Source: Eledone cirrhosa
Taxonomy: Eukaryota
Length of the DNA stretch: 64,000 nucleotides
Assembly (NCBI GenBank): GCA_964016885.1
Contig: OZ024741.1
Location: 186,000,001 to 186,064,000, forward strand
Direction: 5' to 3'
The position numbers were made by a program, and so were the translations under genes. Shown here piece by piece: positions 60,976 through 64,000 of the stretch. Within the stretch, counting starts at the first letter, position 1, and the number at the start of each line of letters is the position of its first letter. The notes beneath the pieces are model-generated. The model was given only the letters and a program-made list of their open reading frames with translations. It searched no databases and had not been told where the DNA came from.

Positions 60976-63900
60976 TTTTGTGTTGGAGGTAATGTTAGTG
61001 TTGTTTGTTATTTTATATTGGAGGTAATGCTAGAGTTGTTTGTTATTTTATGTTGGAGGTAATGCTAGTGTTGTTTTTTATTTTGTTTTGGAGGTAATGC
61101 CTTGTTGTTTGTTATTTTTGGTTTGCGGTAATGTTAGTGTTGTTTGTTATTTTGTGTTGTAGGTAATGCTAGTGTTGTTTGTTATTTTGTGTTGGAGGTA
61201 ATGCTAGTGTTGTTTGTTGTTTTGTGTTGTAGGTAATGCTAGTGTTGTTTGTTATTTTATATTGGAGGTAATGCTAGAGTTGTTTGTTATTTTATGTTGG
61301 AGGTAATGCTAGTGTTGTTTTTTATTTTGTTTTGGAGGTAATGCCTTGTTGTTTGTTATTTTTTGTTTGCGGTAATGTTAGTGTTGTTTGTTATTTTGTG
61401 TTGTAGGTAATGCTAGTGTTGTTTGTTATTTTGTGTTGGAGGTAATGCTAGTGTTGTTTGTTGTTTTGTGTTGTAGGTAATGCTAGTGTTGTTTGTTATT
61501 TTGCGTTGGAGGTAATGTTAGTGTTGTTTGTTATTTTATGTTGGAGGTAATGCCTTGTTGTTTGTTATTTTGTGTTGGAGGTAATGCTATGTTGTTTGTC
61601 ATTTTGTGTTGGAGGTAATGCTAGTGTTGTTTGTTTTTTGTTTGTTGGAGGTAATGCTAGTGTTGTTTGTTATTTTATGTTGGAGGTAATGCTATGTTGT
61701 TTGTTATTTTGTGTTGGAGGTAATGCTAGTGTTGTTTGTTATTTTGTGTTAGAGGTAATGCTAGTATTGTTTGTTATTTTGTGCTGAAGGTAATGTTAGT
61801 GTTGTTTGTTATTTTATTCTGGAGGTAATGCTAGTATTGTTTGTTATTTTGTGTTGGAGGTAATGTTAGTGTTGTTTGTTATTTTATGTTGGAGGTATTG
61901 CGTTGTTGTTTGTTATTTTGTGTTGGAGGTAATGTTAGTGTTGTTTGTTATTTTATGTTGGAGGTAATGCTAGTGTTGTTTGTTTATTGTTTGTTGGAGG
62001 TAATGCTAGTGTTGTTTGTTTTTTGTTTGTTGGAGGTAATGCTAGTGCTCTTTGTTATTTCGTGTTGTAGGTATTGCCTTGTTGTTTGTTATTTTGTGTT
62101 GGAGGTATTGCCTTGTTGTTTGTTATTTTGTGTTGGAGGCAATGCAAGTGTTGTTTGTTATTTTATGTTAGAGGTAATGCTAGTGTTGTTTGTTATTTTA
62201 TGTTGGAGGTAATGCTAGTGTTGTTAGTTATTTTATGTTGGAGGTAATGCTAGTGGTGTTTGTTATTTTATTTTGGAGGTAATGCTAGTGTTGTTTGTTA
62301 TTTTATGTTGGAGGTATTCCCTTGCTGTATGTTATTTCTTGTTGGAGGTAATGTTAGTGTTGTTTGTTATTTTATGTTGGAGGTAATGCTAGTGTTGTTT
62401 GTTATTTTTTGTTGTAGGTATTGCTAGTGTTGTTTGTTATTTTATGTTGGAGGTATTGCCTTGTTGTTTGTTATTTTGTGTTGGAGGTATTCCCTTGTTG
62501 TTTGTTATTTCGTGTTGGAGGTAATGTTAGTGTTGTTTCTTATTTTATGTTGGAGGTATTGCCTTGTTGTTTGTTATTTCGTGTTTGAAGTAATGCTAGT
62601 GTTGTTTGTTATTTTTTGTTGTAGGTATTGCCTTGTTGTTTGTTATTTTATGTTGGAGGTAATGCTAGTGTTGTTTGTTATTTTATGTTGGAGGTAATGC
62701 TAGTGTTGTTTTTTATTTTATGTTGGAGGTAATGCTAGTGTTGTTTGTTATTTTATGTTGGAGGTAATGTTAGTGTTGTTTGTTATTTTATGTTGGAGGT
62801 AATGCTAGTGTTGTTTGTTATTTTATGTTGGGGGTAATGCTATGTTGTTTGTTATTTTATGTTGGGTGTAATGCTAGTATTGTTTGTTATTATATGTTGG
62901 AGGTAATGCTAGTGTTGTTTGTTATTTTATGTTGGAGGTAATGCTAGTATTGTTTGTTATTTTATGTTGGAGGTAATGCTAGTTTTGTTTGTTATTTTAT
63001 GTTGGAGGTAATGCTAGTGTTGTTTGTTATTTTATGTTGCAGGTAATGCTACTGTTGTTTGTTATTTTATGTTGGGGGTAATGCTAGTGTTGCTGGTTAT
63101 TTTATGTTGGATGTAATGCTAGTGTTTTTTGTTATTTTATGTTGGAGGTAATGCTAGTGTTGTTTGTTATTTTATGTTGGAGGTATTGCTAGTGTTGTTT
63201 GTTATTTTATGTTGGAGGTAATGCTATGTTGTTTGTTATTTTATGTTGGAGGTAATGCTAGTGTTGTTTGTTATTTTATGTTGGAGGTAATGCTAGTGTT
63301 GTTTGTTATTTTATGTTGGGGGTAATGCTAGTGTTGTTTGTTATTTTATGTTGGAGGTAATGCTAGTGTTGTTTGTTATTTTATGTTGGAGGTAATGCTA
63401 GTGTTGTTTGTTATTTTGTGTTGGAGGTAATGCTAGTGTTGTTTGTTATTTTATGTTGGAGGTAATGCTAGTGTTGTTTGTTATTTTTTGTTGTAGGTAT
63501 TGCTAGTGTTGTTTGTTATTTTATGTTGGAGGTATTGCGTTGTTGTTTGTTATTTCGTGTTGTAGGTATTGCCTTGTTGTTTGTTATTTTGTGTTGGAGG
63601 TATTGCCTTGTTGTTTGTTATTTTGTGTTGGAGGCAATGCAAGTGTTGTTTGTTATTTTATGTTAGAGGTAATGCTAGTGTTGTTTGTTATTTTATGTTG
63701 GAGGTAATGCTAGTGTTGTTAGTTATTTTATGTTGGAGGTAATGCTAGTGGTGTTTGTTATTTTATTTTGGAGGTAATGCTAGTGTTGTTTGTTATTTTA
63801 TGTTGGAGGTATTCCCTTGCTGTTTGTTATTTCGTGTTGGAGGTAATGTTAGTGTTGTTTGTTATTTTATGTTGGAGGTAATGCTAGTGTTGTTTGTTAT

Positions 63901-64000
63901 TTTTTGTTGTAGGTATTGCTAGTGTTGTTTGTTATTTTATGTTGGAGGTATTGCCTTGTTGTTTGTTATTTTGTGTTGGAGGTATTCCCTTCTTGTTTGT

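Larger units (their letters stand above)
1..64000 (+). repeat. Tandem satellite array, 35/34-bp monomer, consensus GTTGTTTGTTATTTTATGTTGGAGGTAATGCTAGT, about 1,840 head-to-tail copies, open at both window edges
   Basis: Seen directly: an exact consensus copy lies at 7028-7062. GTTGTTTGTTATTT and GTTGGAGGTA recur every 34-35 bp from the first to the last line. I saw no inversion and no unique insert. Confidence 0.99.
38745..64000 (+). repeat. Long-range duplication, offset 18942 bp (about 38745-45058 = about 57687-64000, continuing past the window edge)
   Basis: ORF twins 39067/58009, 39713/58655, 40777/59719, 42630/61572 and 44536/63478. The final bases ggtattcccttcttgtttgt match 45039-45058. 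Confidence 0.92.

Noticed and set aside
2-63707. All ORFs in the track (61-136 aa, rich in V/L/F/C, membrane-protein-like)
   Set aside because: They are permutations of the three reading frames of the repeat (MLVLFVILCWR, VVCYFMLEV, CCLLFYVGGNAS) and overlap each other. The hydrophobicity follows from the T/G composition. The monomer length is not a multiple of 3, so frames close within a few units.
1-64000. CRISPR array (35-bp unit starting GTTG; the reverse complement ends AAACAAC)
   Set aside because: The units are contiguous with no unique spacers. The variable slots are 3-9 nt drawn from a small recurring set, and there is no palindromic stem, leader or cas gene in the window.
1-64000. 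Long start-less ORF on the minus strand, or a never-ending concatemer ORF as in DRT2/Neo
   Set aside because: The minus-strand monomer ACTAGCATTACCTCCAACATAAAATAACAAACAAC has stops in all three frames (TAG at 3, TAA at 20 and 25). The plus strand has TAA and TAG in one frame that every reading frame reaches within three consensus units.
1-64000. Bisulfite-converted DNA, or a rolling-circle/sequencing concatemer artefact
   Set aside because: The remaining Cs are mostly non-CpG (GCT, GCC, CCC). Variants are faithfully inherited in multi-kb nested blocks rather than being random errors or having a single fixed period.
1-64000. Canonical telomerase repeat or G-quadruplex array
   Set aside because: There is no short TTAGG(G)-type unit. 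The G-runs are only GG-A-GG once per 35 bp, with GGGG only in rare variants. Copying of long ordered variant strings points to recombination or replication rather than template-by-template addition.
1-64000. Assignment to a named satellite family or organism
   Set aside because: I do not recognise the monomer. A BLASTN-short, Dfam or Repbase search with the consensus dimer would be needed.

Overview
The whole 64 kb window is one uninterrupted, single-orientation tandem satellite array of roughly 1,840 monomers (64,000 / about 34.8 bp), and it runs off both edges. The consensus monomer is 35 bp, GTTGTTTGTTATTTTATGTTGGAGGTAATGCTAGT (18 T, 10 G, 6 A, 1 C). There are recurrent 34-bp variants (...GGAGGTATTGCCTT, ...TATTCCCTT, ...TAATGCTAT) and rarer 36-, 39- and 57-bp units. 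I see no unique sequence, credible gene, RNA gene, transposon or CRISPR spacer, and every ORF in the track is a translation of the repeat. The real structure is in the order of the monomer variants: (1) short-range linkage into 69/104-bp dimers and trimers; (2) nested, near-identical duplications with many different periods (244, 623, 1426, 1493, 1772, 1935, 2389, 2539, 3426, 4121, 4837, 5051, 9654, 11919, 18942 bp) rather than one fixed higher-order repeat; (3) region-specific variant sets that turn over along the array. I cannot assign the organism or satellite family. The array looks like eukaryotic heterochromatic, subtelomeric or giant-intron satellite, which is an inference. Functional ideas (TAATG-coupled mini-ORF chain, splice-site-like signals, protein-binding motif array) are speculative and flagged as such. 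Block boundaries were read by eye from marker variants and ORF-track offsets and are accurate to about 1-3 monomers.
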